Shown here piece after piece: positions 1 through 10,150 of a stretch of DNA of 64,000 nucleotides. Position numbers and translations under genes: made by a program. Source of the DNA: a virus (taxonomy: Duplodnaviria; Heunggongvirae; Uroviricota; Caudoviricetes); IMG/VR virus record IMGVR_UViG_2700989413_000006, positions 1-64,000 of that record. The stretch is one strand, 5' to 3'. The notes beneath the pieces are model-generated. The model was not told where the DNA came from and did no database searches. It was given only the letters and a program-made list of their open reading frames with translations. How positions within the stretch are numbered: position 1 is the first letter of the stretch; every line of letters begins with the position of its first letter.

Positions 1-188
1 CCCTTCCCCCCCATAGCCTAAAAAGACATTTACATGAGAAGGAAGGGAGAAGGCATCTACTTCATCCGCGCCACATCGGAATGCGAACATTCCGTAGTTG
101 GTAAACGCCGACCCTAAGCAAAACGCACCCCTATCGAAAAGCAAGATGGGTCCACTGCCAGCAGTGAAAACTATCTTGGGTGCAATTG

Positions 189-206
189 TAGTCAGTGCTT
201 ACTGAT
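189..206. promoter_or_regulatory. Degenerate copy of the genome-wide dyad motif (AGTCAGTGCTTACTGATT) in the leading non-coding region
   Basis: Matches the AGTCAGT..ACTGAT arms of the repeated palindrome, with 2 central mismatches. Confidence 0.35.
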
Positions 207-1380
207 TTTTCAAGTGTAAGAAGTTTGGCTGAAACAATTTTTTAACAACAGAATCCACCGCTCCCTTCGGTCGCTCCATGCACATTGCACAACTCCTCTC
301 TCTATGTGTTATTACTCTATAACCGCCTATACACATACTTCCTATTGTTCTTACTCTCCGTGTATGATGAATTGTCCTTCTAGCTATACTTAGTGAAATC
401 CTTATTGTGTATAGTGTTCAGTATGTACTTATCATTATCCGTGTAGTTGTTAGAGTTTTTGTCTGTATTGATTGATTGTTTTTAAGATCGTTTGCAATTG
501 TTCTATTGTTTATCAGTTTGATTATTTAGATAGCATTATGAAAATATGCTGTTTGAGTTAAATTTGCTGTTCTATGGCTTAGTTGTAGATTAGTTGGATT
601 GTTTGTCAGTAAGTTATCTATTCTTTAGTACGTTTTGGAATTTAGTTGTCTGGTGTTTGAATAGTAAGTCCGTATTATCATATTACCGTGTGTATGTATG
701 GTCGTATGGTAATACGGTAATATGATATTTCAGCCTAGAGATAAATTGCCTCATTCTGTGCCTGATAATTTGTTATAGCGTTCAGGTAAAAAATACAGCC
801 TTAAAGTAAATTTGCTATTTGCGCATAGAATCGTTTTAGAGAGCGTTTTGCTTGTGTTTAGTATGATTCATCATCTTAGTGATAAAAGCGTCTCTAACGC
901 GCGTTTATAAGCGATTATAAGCGGTTTAAGTGAGAGTGTTTGCTTATCTGGTTTTAGCATGGTTCGGCGGGTAAGTAATGAATTAGTTACAAGTCAGTTT
1001 ATTTGTATAAAAATACTTATAAATCAATGATGTATAATAATATCTCTATAACTGTCTGTTTTTGCTTATTTTAGATAAAAAAGAGCCAGCTCTAAAGAGG
1101 GGCGTAGAGCTGGCAAAAAGGTGACTTGTGAGACTTTTTTCTCTATCAATACACTCGAATATTCTATCTAAAGAGCTTCGTTGTCTTGATGTGAGTATTG
1201 TATAAATACCGAGTAGGATTGAGAAGGGGAGGCGTTTATATCGCCTGTCGTGTTTCCTATTAAACTCATTATAATGATTGCATGTAACGTGAATTGAGTA
1301 CGGCGTATGTTGACCGCATTAATTGTTCTTGGAGCGATAGGGCTCATTTATTTGATGCTCAAAGCCATGAAGTGATTAGA

Positions 1381-1422
1381 CAAAAAGCCCTGAGCATTCA
1401 GGGCTATTATTTAGTTATTTTC
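1381..1422. terminator. Bidirectional rho-independent terminator downstream of the ArdA-like gene
   Basis: AGCCCTGA-GCAT-TCAGGGCT hairpin at 1386-1405, flanked by an A-run at 1382-1386 and a T-rich run at 1406-1422. Confidence 0.6.
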
Positions 1423-1494
1423 TAATTGCGCAAATATCTGCTCAAAAATGATCGATTTCATAAAAAAAGTGCAAATATTTGCTCAATATTGGTC

Positions 1495-2037
1495 TTAATA
1501 GTTTCGGTAAACCTTTCCTTCAGCTACAAGATAATCACTAATTAAAGCGTCGCGCCCGTAACGTTCATAGTCGAAATAACCTTGAATGTCCTCTGGTATT
1601 TCCAAAGCAGAACATTCATCAATTAAATAGCGTCCAAAATCATCGTCATTTTCGTAGTCACACACGTAACGATCTTCGTGCCACTCTTTAACGTTTGACC
1701 AATCAGCATAGTTGCCTTCAACTAATGCAGCGTATGTGCCAACTTCTTTAACTTCATCAAGATCAAGGCTTACTAAAAACTCAATTAAAGTTTCAAGCAT
1801 TTTGAATGATGAGACTTTTATCTCTTCGTTGGCCCAAGTGTCTTCTAGCTGCCAAAACTCTATCTCTACATCGCCTAACTCATCTATGAAGTCGTCGTAT
1901 TCATCAAAGTAAAGGTTAAAACCGTGTTGATGCGTAAAGCTGAAGCCTTCTAAGCGAAAACGTTTCTTGTTATCAGGGTTAGAAAACTTCGCTAAAAACT
2001 GCTCTATAGTCACTTGATCGTTAGTTTCGTAAGTCAT
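1495..2037 (-). CDS. ArdA-like antirestriction protein (highly acidic DNA mimic)
   Basis: 180 aa, ATG at 2035-2037. Very acidic composition with an IDYE(R/A)YGRD-type C-terminal segment as in the ArdA family. Sits at the edge of the gene block next to a large non-coding region. Confidence 0.45.
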   Translation of the reverse strand: MTYETNDQVTIEQFLAKFSNPDNKKRFRLEGFSFTHQHGFNLYFDEYDDFIDELGDVEIEFWQLEDTWANEEIKVSSFKMLETLIEFLVSLDLDEVKEVGTYAALVEGNYADWSNVKEWHEDRYVCDYENDDDFGRYLIDECSALEIPEDIQGYFDYERYGRDALISDYLVAEGKVYRNY

Positions 2038-2172
2038 TTTAAAAATCTCTTTGCTTGTTTCGATGAAGTAATTCTCTCAATCGGTTTTTGGACAAACAAT
2101 TTGTGGCTTAGGCGTTGTTATCTATAAAGAAAAACCGCTCACGATGGAGCGGTTAAATTAGTGGACTTTAAT

Positions 2173-2619
2173 TTAAAGACCATGATCTGTGGTCGTAAAA
2201 TCACTGTAATAAAGAGCGTTAGTGGCGGTGTCTAAATGTATTTTGGAAGTCATTTCAAAATATTCTTCACTCTCTTCGCAAACTAATTGATTATATTCGG
2301 AGTAACCGTCGGCAATAAGAGCAACCGCCTTTATTACAGCATCTATGAACTCTTGCTTGTATTCATCTAGGCGCATAGTGGTTTGTAGCTTTAAACCCGT
2401 TTCTGCACTTGTGTAGGTGTTCATGTGCTTATCTGGTTCGCCAATGTATATCTCAGCGAGATAAGGTTGATCTGCGGATATTATTGCGGTCTGAGCCTTA
2501 TTAGAGAAAAGCTCGTTTACTGCGCGGTATATGGTGACGATTGGTTGCATTATGTTTAACTCTATTTGTTTCGATAGAGTAATTTTCACAATTGAAAATA
2601 GGGGAGACAAAGGCAACAT
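2173..2619 (-). CDS. Hypothetical protein
   Basis: 148-aa ORF in the same orientation as its neighbours. AAGG lies 6 nt upstream of the ATG at 2619. Confidence 0.4.
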   Translation of the reverse strand: MLPLSPLFSIVKITLSKQIELNIMQPIVTIYRAVNELFSNKAQTAIISADQPYLAEIYIGEPDKHMNTYTSAETGLKLQTTMRLDEYKQEFIDAVIKAVALIADGYSEYNQLVCEESEEYFEMTSKIHLDTATNALYYSDFTTTDHGL

Positions 2620-2744
2620 ACGTTGCCTTGTGTGTTAGCCATACTGCATGCATTGCATGCAAACGCTGATATTTACATTGGTGCTGATTGAGTTTGCTGT
2701 GCATCCAAGTAATGCAACGCACGCCAAGATTATTACTAATGGCT

Positions 2745-2963
2745 TCATGCCTTCTTGCCTCTTCCCACAAACCAATCAACCGCCTTACAGAGCATTTCGT
2801 CTTTGTGCCAATCTTCAATCACACGAGTTTCATCTCGGTCATGTGAGAAGAGCGGGCCACAGTAGTTGTTCCATGTCATGTATACATATCGCCCATCAAG
2901 TAAGCGCAATCTAAAAGTTGGAACCAGGCACACGAAACCGCCGGGCATTCTTCTGCAAGTCAT
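2745..2963 (-). CDS. Hypothetical small protein
   Basis: 72-aa ORF whose stop overlaps the start of the downstream gene (translational coupling). Confidence 0.3.
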   Translation of the reverse strand: MTCRRMPGGFVCLVPTFRLRLLDGRYVYMTWNNYCGPLFSHDRDETRVIEDWHKDEMLCKAVDWFVGRGKKA

Positions 2964-3301
2964 GCTGCTTTCTGCTCCGCTTTTTGAATCAATGTGCGGA
3001 GGCGCCAGATATACGTTTGCGAATAGCCATTGTCCGTCTTGATCGGTATTGTTTTGAATCCGCGTGCCTCAGCTTGCGCAACTAGCTTTTTAGCTCTCTC
3101 TAAGCTGCCAATATGCTCTAACGCTGTCTTTGGCTGTGGTAACTTGCCACTCTTGCGTAGCCTTGCAATGTTTGAGTTGATCGTTCCTACAGTTCTGTTC
3201 AGCTCCTTTGCTATTTCAGCAATTGGAGTGTTATTAGAATGTAAGGTGATTAGCTTATTAATTTCACCTGTTGTCCAATAGCGAACCTTTGCAATGCTCA
3301 T
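2960..3301 (-). CDS. GcrA-like DNA-binding regulator
   Basis: N-terminal W-T-x-E...L...IAxxLxRTxxxIxxxIxRLR pattern typical of the GcrA N-terminal domain. 113 aa. Confidence 0.5.
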   Translation of the reverse strand: MSIAKVRYWTTGEINKLITLHSNNTPIAEIAKELNRTVGTINSNIARLRKSGKLPQPKTALEHIGSLERAKKLVAQAEARGFKTIPIKTDNGYSQTYIWRLRTLIQKAEQKAA

Positions 3302-3331
3302 GGCTTGCCCTCCAATGCATCAAAGCGAACT

Positions 3332-3967
3332 CTAATCTTCATTAATGACCTCCTGAGATTTGCCAGCCGTTTTAACCACAATGGAATACACAGGCTCAAA
3401 ATACTCTCGCGTTCCCTCTTCATCTCCCCATTTGTACCCACCGTAATGCAAAGCTTCCACTGTTGATTGCGGCATTTTCTTAGGAATTGCGACATACCCA
3501 TCTGGAATTTGTTTTGCATTATTAATCTGTGCATACAAATCTTGTCTTTCATCAAGCAATTCAGTGATTCGATCTTGAAGTTGTCCAACTTTAAAATCTT
3601 TTGATCTGTTTAATCTTTTTTCTTCAGCCAGTTCATCTAACAAGGAATCAATTTGTCGATAAAGGTTTTTCCAGTATTTATTAGGGTTTTCGTCATGATC
3701 TTTAAGAACCTCCCTAATTAATTGTTCTATATCTTCATCTGACATAAACTCCTTGTCACCGTTCGCTTTTTGCTCTGTAAGCTGTCTGTTAATCTCAGCG
3801 TCCAGCAAATCACGGGTTGATGGGTGGCCAACCTTCTCACCTACCAGATACCGCAAGCGTTCATTTTCAGCCTGCAACTCAATCAACTCGCACGGCGTAC
3901 CATGTCGACCGTCATGAAAGCCTGCTTTGTACGCTGCCTCTTTTATTTCTATTTGTTCATTCATCAC
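3332..3967 (-). CDS. Hypothetical protein (charged, coiled-coil-like)
   Basis: 211-aa ORF. Confidence 0.4.
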   Translation of the reverse strand: MMNEQIEIKEAAYKAGFHDGRHGTPCELIELQAENERLRYLVGEKVGHPSTRDLLDAEINRQLTEQKANGDKEFMSDEDIEQLIREVLKDHDENPNKYWKNLYRQIDSLLDELAEEKRLNRSKDFKVGQLQDRITELLDERQDLYAQINNAKQIPDGYVAIPKKMPQSTVEALHYGGYKWGDEEGTREYFEPVYSIVVKTAGKSQEVINED

Positions 3968-4404
3968 ATTAAGCCTTCTACAAAATCTCTAACTTCTTCA
4001 AAAACGTCAGTTCTAATGGAGTGTTCTATGCTTACGTTTTCTTCATACAGCCTTTGCTCTTCATTGAAGCCGTCTCTGCAAAACTTGAGAACCTTCTCTA
4101 GTGCCGACATCGCTGAACTAGGAATGGGTTGAGCGTCTATACTTTCCACGTCAACAACAATGATGTTTTGCACGTCGTAATCTCTTAGTACTTCATCCAG
4201 AAGCGATACAGTCAAATCACTTGAACCTGCAAGTATGCTAGAAAAAATCTCTATACGATCTTCATTGGATAGCGTGTTAAGCTTCTCTTCATCGCGAAAG
4301 AACGCCATGAAGTCATCACGATTAAATGTGTCAGTCTGCATTTGTTTAACTCTTGAAAACTTTCTTAAATTAATGATATTGAAAGTTTTTTGGATATTGC
4401 GCAT
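3964..4404 (-). CDS. Hypothetical protein
   Basis: 146-aa ORF, overlaps the upstream stop by 4 nt. Confidence 0.4.
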   Translation of the reverse strand: MRNIQKTFNIINLRKFSRVKQMQTDTFNRDDFMAFFRDEEKLNTLSNEDRIEIFSSILAGSSDLTVSLLDEVLRDYDVQNIIVVDVESIDAQPIPSSAMSALEKVLKFCRDGFNEEQRLYEENVSIEHSIRTDVFEEVRDFVEGLM

Positions 4405-4440
4405 TGGGGGTTAAGTTGCCAATGCGCAAAGCTTTATGCC

Positions 4441-5067
4441 TTAACCTGTGTACGGCTCAAGTTGCACATCGAAAACTTTCATTTCGAAATCCAACTCATC
4501 TGGAGTAAAGAAGTGTTCACTGTAAAGCCGGGCAGCTTCCGCCTGTGTTTCAGCCTTAATTTGAACTATCGCTGACGCTTTAAATTGCCACGTTGGTATT
4601 TTTGGCTCTTCAAGCGTAACGGGTCTGTTTGCAAACAATTTCATGTCATGCGATGCGTTCGAGTCATCCAAAAACTTAACTACAGTTCGGTCTTCGCTGA
4701 GTTCGACAGTTTGGAATTGATCTACTATTGCCCAGTTATGCCCATCGCCATCAATGAGTTGAATAAGCCTAATTTCAGTTTCAGGACTAGGGCCTAGCAA
4801 ATTTTTACTCCACTTGATCGTCTCTGAGCCAACGGTGCCATAATCTGCCTGTTTTAATGCCTGCCAAAGTTTCATTATTGGTCCAACCTTTGTAATGCTC
4901 ACTTCATCGTATATGCCTGAGTAAAAACCTTCCTCAAGAACAATCTTAATCGGTCCTTCCGCGTAGGTTTCATCTTCCAAATACTCACGCGCCTGTTGAA
5001 GCGTGTCGACGGTCTTTTCGCCACAACGTTGTGTGTCTTTTTCAATCCATTTAACTAAATATGGCAT
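4441..5067 (-). CDS. Hypothetical protein
   Basis: 208-aa ORF. Confidence 0.4.
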   Translation of the reverse strand: MPYLVKWIEKDTQRCGEKTVDTLQQAREYLEDETYAEGPIKIVLEEGFYSGIYDEVSITKVGPIMKLWQALKQADYGTVGSETIKWSKNLLGPSPETEIRLIQLIDGDGHNWAIVDQFQTVELSEDRTVVKFLDDSNASHDMKLFANRPVTLEEPKIPTWQFKASAIVQIKAETQAEAARLYSEHFFTPDELDFEMKVFDVQLEPYTG

Positions 5068-5143
5068 TTATCCTTCCACCTCTATCGCTTCAGGATCTAT
5101 CGTCCCGTCTAAATTTGTGTTGCTTGTTTCTGTGCCTAAATCA

Positions 5144-5662
5144 TTAATCTGCTTCATTGCTCATTACCTTTTCTGCAATGCTTTTCTTCAATACCTTGCG
5201 GGCTTGTCTCATTGCGTATTTAGCTCTACTGTCACAATGATGGTTCGCTAAATAGCGGTTATCGGTTAATTTCGTATGACCTTTAACGTGTCGACATCTG
5301 AGCTTTAGTTCATACATTTTGGCGGTGTCTAATATGTGATTTAGAACAACTGCAATGTCAGGACGAACCTTGCACTTACCGCTAAGGCAGAAGAGAACAC
5401 CCTCGTTGTCTACTTGAATTAAAACCTCATCACCTTTTGAGATAAGCCCGGCATTGATAGACGCCTGCAAAGAGTTAGCTACGCCTTTAAATTCCGCCTC
5501 GTAGCTGTCTTTAACAACGCCTTTAATAATGTTCCCACCCGCACGTTTGCCTCTGTCTGACGCGCACCAGTATCCAAACCCAGCGGCGCCAGTTTTGTGA
5601 CAAAGCGAGGCATCAGTCATTAATGTCACTAGCATAAGAGTGGTCCAACTCTTCAAAAACAA
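5144..5662 (-). CDS. RNase H (RNase HI-like)
   Basis: Catalytic pattern TDAS...E...D(N)EG...VKGH...N...D aligns with E. coli RNase HI residues D10/E48/D70/H124/D134. True start is probably an internal Met. Confidence 0.65.
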   Translation of the reverse strand: MFLKSWTTLMLVTLMTDASLCHKTGAAGFGYWCASDRGKRAGGNIIKGVVKDSYEAEFKGVANSLQASINAGLISKGDEVLIQVDNEGVLFCLSGKCKVRPDIAVVLNHILDTAKMYELKLRCRHVKGHTKLTDNRYLANHHCDSRAKYAMRQARKVLKKSIAEKVMSNEAD

Positions 5663-6149
5663 GGTCGTCTAACTGCTCTTCTTTGAATCCAAAGTTATTA
5701 ACAAGGCATTGACGAGCGGTTGCTTCATTTTTGAATATGCAAATTTGCTTTGAATCATCCAAAATGTATTCAAGACCGTTAATTGATACGCCTTCAATAT
5801 GTCGACCAACACGAACAGGTGGCGCAACTTTAAATAATGGATCTGCGCCAATGAATACTTCATCAGGAATGTTGTTCCAGTTACGACGAAGAATGTCGAA
5901 CTCACCTTCGTTCCAATAGTTCAAAAATTCCATTGCGTCATCGGTGCCATCCACATTGTCACTTAATATGTATTGGATAACAGCAAGAGCCGGGTCGTTA
6001 GTGCGCTCTTTTATTTCGACGATTAGATTTTCTTTGGCGGACTTAAACTCTTCCTCAATGATTGCGTGATCTTCGAGTGGTTGACTGCCAATGTTTTCAT
6101 GTGCGCGAGTGGCTGATTCAAACGCATATACAAGGTCAATTAGGCTCAT
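5613..6149 (-). CDS. Hypothetical protein
   Basis: 178-aa ORF. Confidence 0.4.
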   Translation of the reverse strand: MSLIDLVYAFESATRAHENIGSQPLEDHAIIEEEFKSAKENLIVEIKERTNDPALAVIQYILSDNVDGTDDAMEFLNYWNEGEFDILRRNWNNIPDEVFIGADPLFKVAPPVRVGRHIEGVSINGLEYILDDSKQICIFKNEATARQCLVNNFGFKEEQLDDLVFEELDHSYASDIND

Positions 6150-6742
6150 ACCGCTTCCTCCTCGCGTTTTTCAGCTATGCATTCTTCTAAGTGTTGAATT
6201 GCACTTACTTTTGAATCAAAAGGCCCTTGCCAACAATCATTGAAATGAATGTCCCATTCGACCACGCCATGTTCTACAAATCTTTGAAGCTGAACCCGAC
6301 CGTAAAATGGCACATCATGCGCCCACCAAATTTCGTTATCGTCGGTGCCAAATTCGATCTTAGAGTTTTGCGCCACTGCTTCAGCTTTATAGACGCCTTC
6401 AGCGTGTTTAATTAGATTTATTACAGGAGTTCCTTTTGGAAACCACGTTTGCCCAATCATGCAATCGTTTTCCAGCGTTAAAGCCTCCACGATTGGAACT
6501 GGGCCAGCTTTCAATCGCATTATTACGTCAATAACATTTTGCGAATCTTCGTCAAACTCAATCCACCCTTTGTCGTAAACTCCAAAATGGTATTGTTCGT
6601 TTTTTAAATCATTTGCCACTTGCGAATTAACAACTTCAAATCCTGTTTTTGATTTGACAAACTCTAAAAAACTTACTGTCGTGTCGTTATGTAATTTTTT
6701 TAGAGATGAAAGCACGCTATATAGCTGATAAGAATGTGACAT
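6146..6742 (-). CDS. Hypothetical protein
   Basis: 198-aa ORF, 4-nt overlap with the upstream gene. Confidence 0.4.
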   Translation of the reverse strand: MSHSYQLYSVLSSLKKLHNDTTVSFLEFVKSKTGFEVVNSQVANDLKNEQYHFGVYDKGWIEFDEDSQNVIDVIMRLKAGPVPIVEALTLENDCMIGQTWFPKGTPVINLIKHAEGVYKAEAVAQNSKIEFGTDDNEIWWAHDVPFYGRVQLQRFVEHGVVEWDIHFNDCWQGPFDSKVSAIQHLEECIAEKREEEAV

Positions 6743-6812
6743 TTTTCGTTATCCAGTAGTTAAGTTAGGAGACGGGCTGTACATAAGCACAGCCTGTATG
6801 TTTCGATATGGA

Positions 6813-8015
6813 TTAGAAATTAACTACACGTTCGTCTTTGTTAAGGTGGCTGAAGGTCGGACTTGCCTGAACGGTCACAACCACGTCATGCTCCTTGTCA
6901 GTCAAGGTAAAGACACGCGTTTTAGGGTCAAACTCACACTTGACGTCATTTGGTTTAACAATGCGGTGATATGGCTCAAGCTCAATAAATTTATCTTCAG
7001 CCATAAAGCCGATGCACTGTTTAGCATCGCCGTTTTCGTCTTCCCAAAGTTTGCCATCGTCGGTTTTTCGGAAACCATTAGGTCGAATCATTAAACGGAA
7101 CTCAAATGTATCGTCTGTCATCATTCGTTCGATGCAGTCCGCATCAAAGTAAGTGAAGTCAAATGAATCCGAAACGTCATAACCTTTGTAGGTTGCTTCT
7201 TTTTGAAGGCGAATATCATCATAAGAAATGGTAGGTTTAATATTTAAAAACTTGCCTAGATCGCGGACTGAAATGTTTTGACCTTCTGATTTATTAATTT
7301 CCTTAATTAAGATGGTCAACATATCCATGTTGAACATTGAGAAACGCCCTACGTATTCAAGAATTTCGTCGATGCGATCTTTGTTTATTAGTACGTCGTT
7401 TGCATATTCGCGAATGGTTGACTCGCTGATGCTGCCAAAGTGTATGTTGTAATAAACACGACCCGGACGGTTATGGAAGTACTCATAGCGCGAGCTGCGA
7501 GAATCCGCATTCATAGTGAGAATGAAAAGTGTGTGCATTGGGTACATGCCATCAAGAAGTGTTAGCATGTCATTAACTTGTTCTGGCCTGGTGTAAACCT
7601 TGTCGAACTCATCAATGAAAACAATTTTTTGTTGGTTAATTTTTTGAAGGAAGCCTTTGTAGTCATCACCGACATAGGCTTCACTTTGTAAAATGCAAAT
7701 ACCGCCACTTTTCACAAAATCAACGCATAGCTTTTTAGCTAATAGAGTTTTACCTGTACCCTTAAAACCTTCAAGCATGATAGTTGTGGGTATTTCTGTG
7801 CGCTCATTGAAGGTTTCCATGATGCGGTCTTGATGTTGGTAGGCGTTACCATACGCTTTCGGAATTAATGTAAGCGGGTTGGTGATTTGAAGGTAGAAAC
7901 CGAGCTTGTCATGAAAACATAAGCGGTAAAAACCAGCAGGCAAGCTATCAATAGCGACGCCACTTACATCTGGAGCTAAGTGATAAGTGTCGTTTTGGCG
8001 AAGATATTGTGTCAT
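6813..8015 (-). CDS. AAA+ ATPase with a DnaC/IstB-like Walker A; function unknown, possibly a loader or remodeller
   Basis: Walker A GFKGTGKTLLAKKL and Walker B IVFIDEFDK. 400 aa, ATG at 8013-8015. Confidence 0.5.
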   Translation of the reverse strand: MTQYLRQNDTYHLAPDVSGVAIDSLPAGFYRLCFHDKLGFYLQITNPLTLIPKAYGNAYQHQDRIMETFNERTEIPTTIMLEGFKGTGKTLLAKKLCVDFVKSGGICILQSEAYVGDDYKGFLQKINQQKIVFIDEFDKVYTRPEQVNDMLTLLDGMYPMHTLFILTMNADSRSSRYEYFHNRPGRVYYNIHFGSISESTIREYANDVLINKDRIDEILEYVGRFSMFNMDMLTILIKEINKSEGQNISVRDLGKFLNIKPTISYDDIRLQKEATYKGYDVSDSFDFTYFDADCIERMMTDDTFEFRLMIRPNGFRKTDDGKLWEDENGDAKQCIGFMAEDKFIELEPYHRIVKPNDVKCEFDPKTRVFTLTDKEHDVVVTVQASPTFSHLNKDERVVNF

Positions 8016-8081
8016 GGTTGCGACTCTCTGTTAAGTTAAATGTATGATAGATAAATAATTTTGGGGTTAAATGCTGGCGTC

Positions 8082-8489
8082 TCACTTTGCCAGCTTTAAT
8101 TCCTCGACCACATGTTTGATTTGCTCGCATGCATATTCGCTTTGACCTTCAACCGCATGACGTAGGTGAGTGAATGCTTCCATTACTTCAGCCATTCGTT
8201 TGCGGTTTTCTCCGCGCAAGTGTCCTTGCAGTGCAAAAAGCTCTTCTGAAAGACGTTTCAAATCGCTCGAATCGATTAAATTTCCTTTGATTTCGCCTAA
8301 GTAGCCTTCAATCGCGTCTTTATCGATTACTTCGTCTTCTAAGTCTTCAACCCGCTCAATAAGCTTTTGTTGAGTTGCGAGGCATAAGCATCCGTTAAGA
8401 CGAAACTCTTCACGCGGAGTCATTGCAGAATAAATAATATGAGAGTCATTAAAATCACTAAATAGTGACTGATCTATACATATGTTCAT
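8082..8489 (-). CDS. Hypothetical protein
   Basis: 135-aa ORF. Confidence 0.4.
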   Translation of the reverse strand: MNICIDQSLFSDFNDSHIIYSAMTPREEFRLNGCLCLATQQKLIERVEDLEDEVIDKDAIEGYLGEIKGNLIDSSDLKRLSEELFALQGHLRGENRKRMAEVMEAFTHLRHAVEGQSEYACEQIKHVVEELKLAK

Positions 8490-8546
8490 GCGCTTATCTC
8501 TTAATACGGTGAGATAAATATATAAAATACATCGCGGATTATAAAC

Positions 8547-8560
8547 AGTCAGTACTGACT
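8547..8560. promoter_or_regulatory. Dyad motif AGTCAGTACTGACT (perfect core)
   Basis: Intergenic, 65 bp upstream of the ATG of 8082..8489. Confidence 0.6.
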
Positions 8561-8700
8561 GATCAATTGGAATTGTGATTATTTATAAAAAAATGCGTTT
8601 TAAGCGCTTTTAGATAAAAAGGGTGTAATTTATTAACCGTGACGAACAAACGCGATATACGAGAAAATACGCGCATTAAAAAGGGCAATTTAATTGCCCT

Positions 8701-9090
8701 TTACCATGCATTCTTTGTGTTTGTGACCATTTTCTTTGGCGCTTCGACTTTAGAGGTTGTTATAGGGTTCTTTCTTTGAACGCCCTCTACATTTAAAAAG
8801 TCAAAACTTACGCGCCACTCAAGACCCGGATTGGCACTATCGCTCGTTTCAACTACCGTTGCTGTTTTGGTGTTTATTTTGGTGATGCGAACTCGTCGAT
8901 TGACGCCCTTTCGGGAATCAACAAAAGTTGCATATCGCCCAACTTCAATACTGTAATCTATACGAGATTCTATTTCTTGCTTTACCCCTTCTTGAAGTTG
9001 GAAAAGGGCCTCTGTAGATAATTTCTTCAAAACACTTAAATTCATAATTGGCACCCGAATTTGAGGAAGGCGAACCCTCCTAATCATCAC
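8701..9090 (-). CDS. Hypothetical protein
   Basis: 129-aa ORF. Confidence 0.4.
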   Translation of the reverse strand: MMIRRVRLPQIRVPIMNLSVLKKLSTEALFQLQEGVKQEIESRIDYSIEVGRYATFVDSRKGVNRRVRITKINTKTATVVETSDSANPGLEWRVSFDFLNVEGVQRKNPITTSKVEAPKKMVTNTKNAW

Positions 9091-9093
9091 TGA

Positions 9094-10047
9094 TTAAAGC
9101 TCTGGAAATAATTCGCTTTTGATCTTCATCAAAAGAAGAGAGTTTGGATTAGGCACTAAGCGACCCTGTTCATCTTTCAAGGCAATTTTGAGCATCGGTA
9201 ACATTTGCATCATCTGACCGCTCTGTGCGCTTGCAGTACCAGGAGAGTAAGGCTTTGCAAGAAGATTTGAATACAAGTTACCCGTTTTCTTTGTTGTGAT
9301 ATAACCGTCTTTCAACAAAACGCCAAAAGTACGATGCATAACAACATTTAATTCACCGCCATTCTTCAACCATGTGAAGAGTTGAACGATTTTTTCAGCA
9401 ACCTTCTTTTGAGTCGTAATAGACGAACCTGAACCCGGACGCGCATTAAGAATGTTTAACAATTCTTGCTGTCTAGCTTTTAAAGCTTCTGGATCTTTTT
9501 CAAGTAATTCAGCATCTTCAACTTCAAGTAGAAGGTGGTCATAAGCATCGTCGCCTAATCGAGACAACAAAACAGCCGATACTTTGCTATTTTGATATGT
9601 TGTTCGATAAGTAGACGGTGAAGCTTCGCGCTGATTCTCTTGATTTTTAGCGGCTTCAGTCTCTTTTTTAGTCTTTTTAGACTTCTTTTCGACCTTCTTC
9701 TCTTCAGTGGAAACTTCTGTAACCGCTAAAGATAAGTCGAGTGCGGATGCATCAAAATCAGTATCTTCAATCAGACCTTCGAGAGTATCTTGTGGTTCAG
9801 TCGCTACTTGTTCAGTTTTAACTTCTGTTTGTGTGGCAACCTCTTCAACTAAAGATGCATCTAATTGAAGATCTTCAATGGATAAAGCAGCGTCGTCTAT
9901 GCTTGCTTCGGTCGCTTGAGCTGTAGAACCTTGACCATCAAGAACATTGATTAAATCAGTTAAATCAGTTGTTTCATCAAAAAGCTGTTCAAGAAAAACT
10001 TCATCTTGTTGAATGTTTGCTTGAGCTGTCATGTTTACCTCATTCAT
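9094..10047 (-). CDS. Hypothetical protein with an acidic, low-complexity N-terminal half
   Basis: 317-aa ORF with a D/E/T-rich N-terminus and a globular C-terminus. Confidence 0.4.
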   Translation of the reverse strand: MNEVNMTAQANIQQDEVFLEQLFDETTDLTDLINVLDGQGSTAQATEASIDDAALSIEDLQLDASLVEEVATQTEVKTEQVATEPQDTLEGLIEDTDFDASALDLSLAVTEVSTEEKKVEKKSKKTKKETEAAKNQENQREASPSTYRTTYQNSKVSAVLLSRLGDDAYDHLLLEVEDAELLEKDPEALKARQQELLNILNARPGSGSSITTQKKVAEKIVQLFTWLKNGGELNVVMHRTFGVLLKDGYITTKKTGNLYSNLLAKPYSPGTASAQSGQMMQMLPMLKIALKDEQGRLVPNPNSLLLMKIKSELFPEL

Positions 10048-10150
10048 TGCGTTGTTTCGATGAATGAATTATGACTAACCGCCGTTGGACAAAAAATAGA
10101 TTTTGATGGCGAGCTGCAAAGGTCGCCTTGAGCAAGATTTGGTCAACTTA

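Noticed and set aside
1712-1912. Plus-strand ORFs lying inside minus-strand genes (for example 1712..1912, 2648..2914, 3030..3281, 25543..25809, 29337..29684, 41786..42061, 45598..45852, 46920..47132, 59683..59988) and minus-strand ORFs nested in real genes (2501..2818, 10486..10716, 11873..12088, 45321..45569, 47374..47742, 57063..57356)
   Set aside because: They are antisense or out-of-frame overlaps of confidently assigned genes. They have low-complexity or unusual composition and no RBS.
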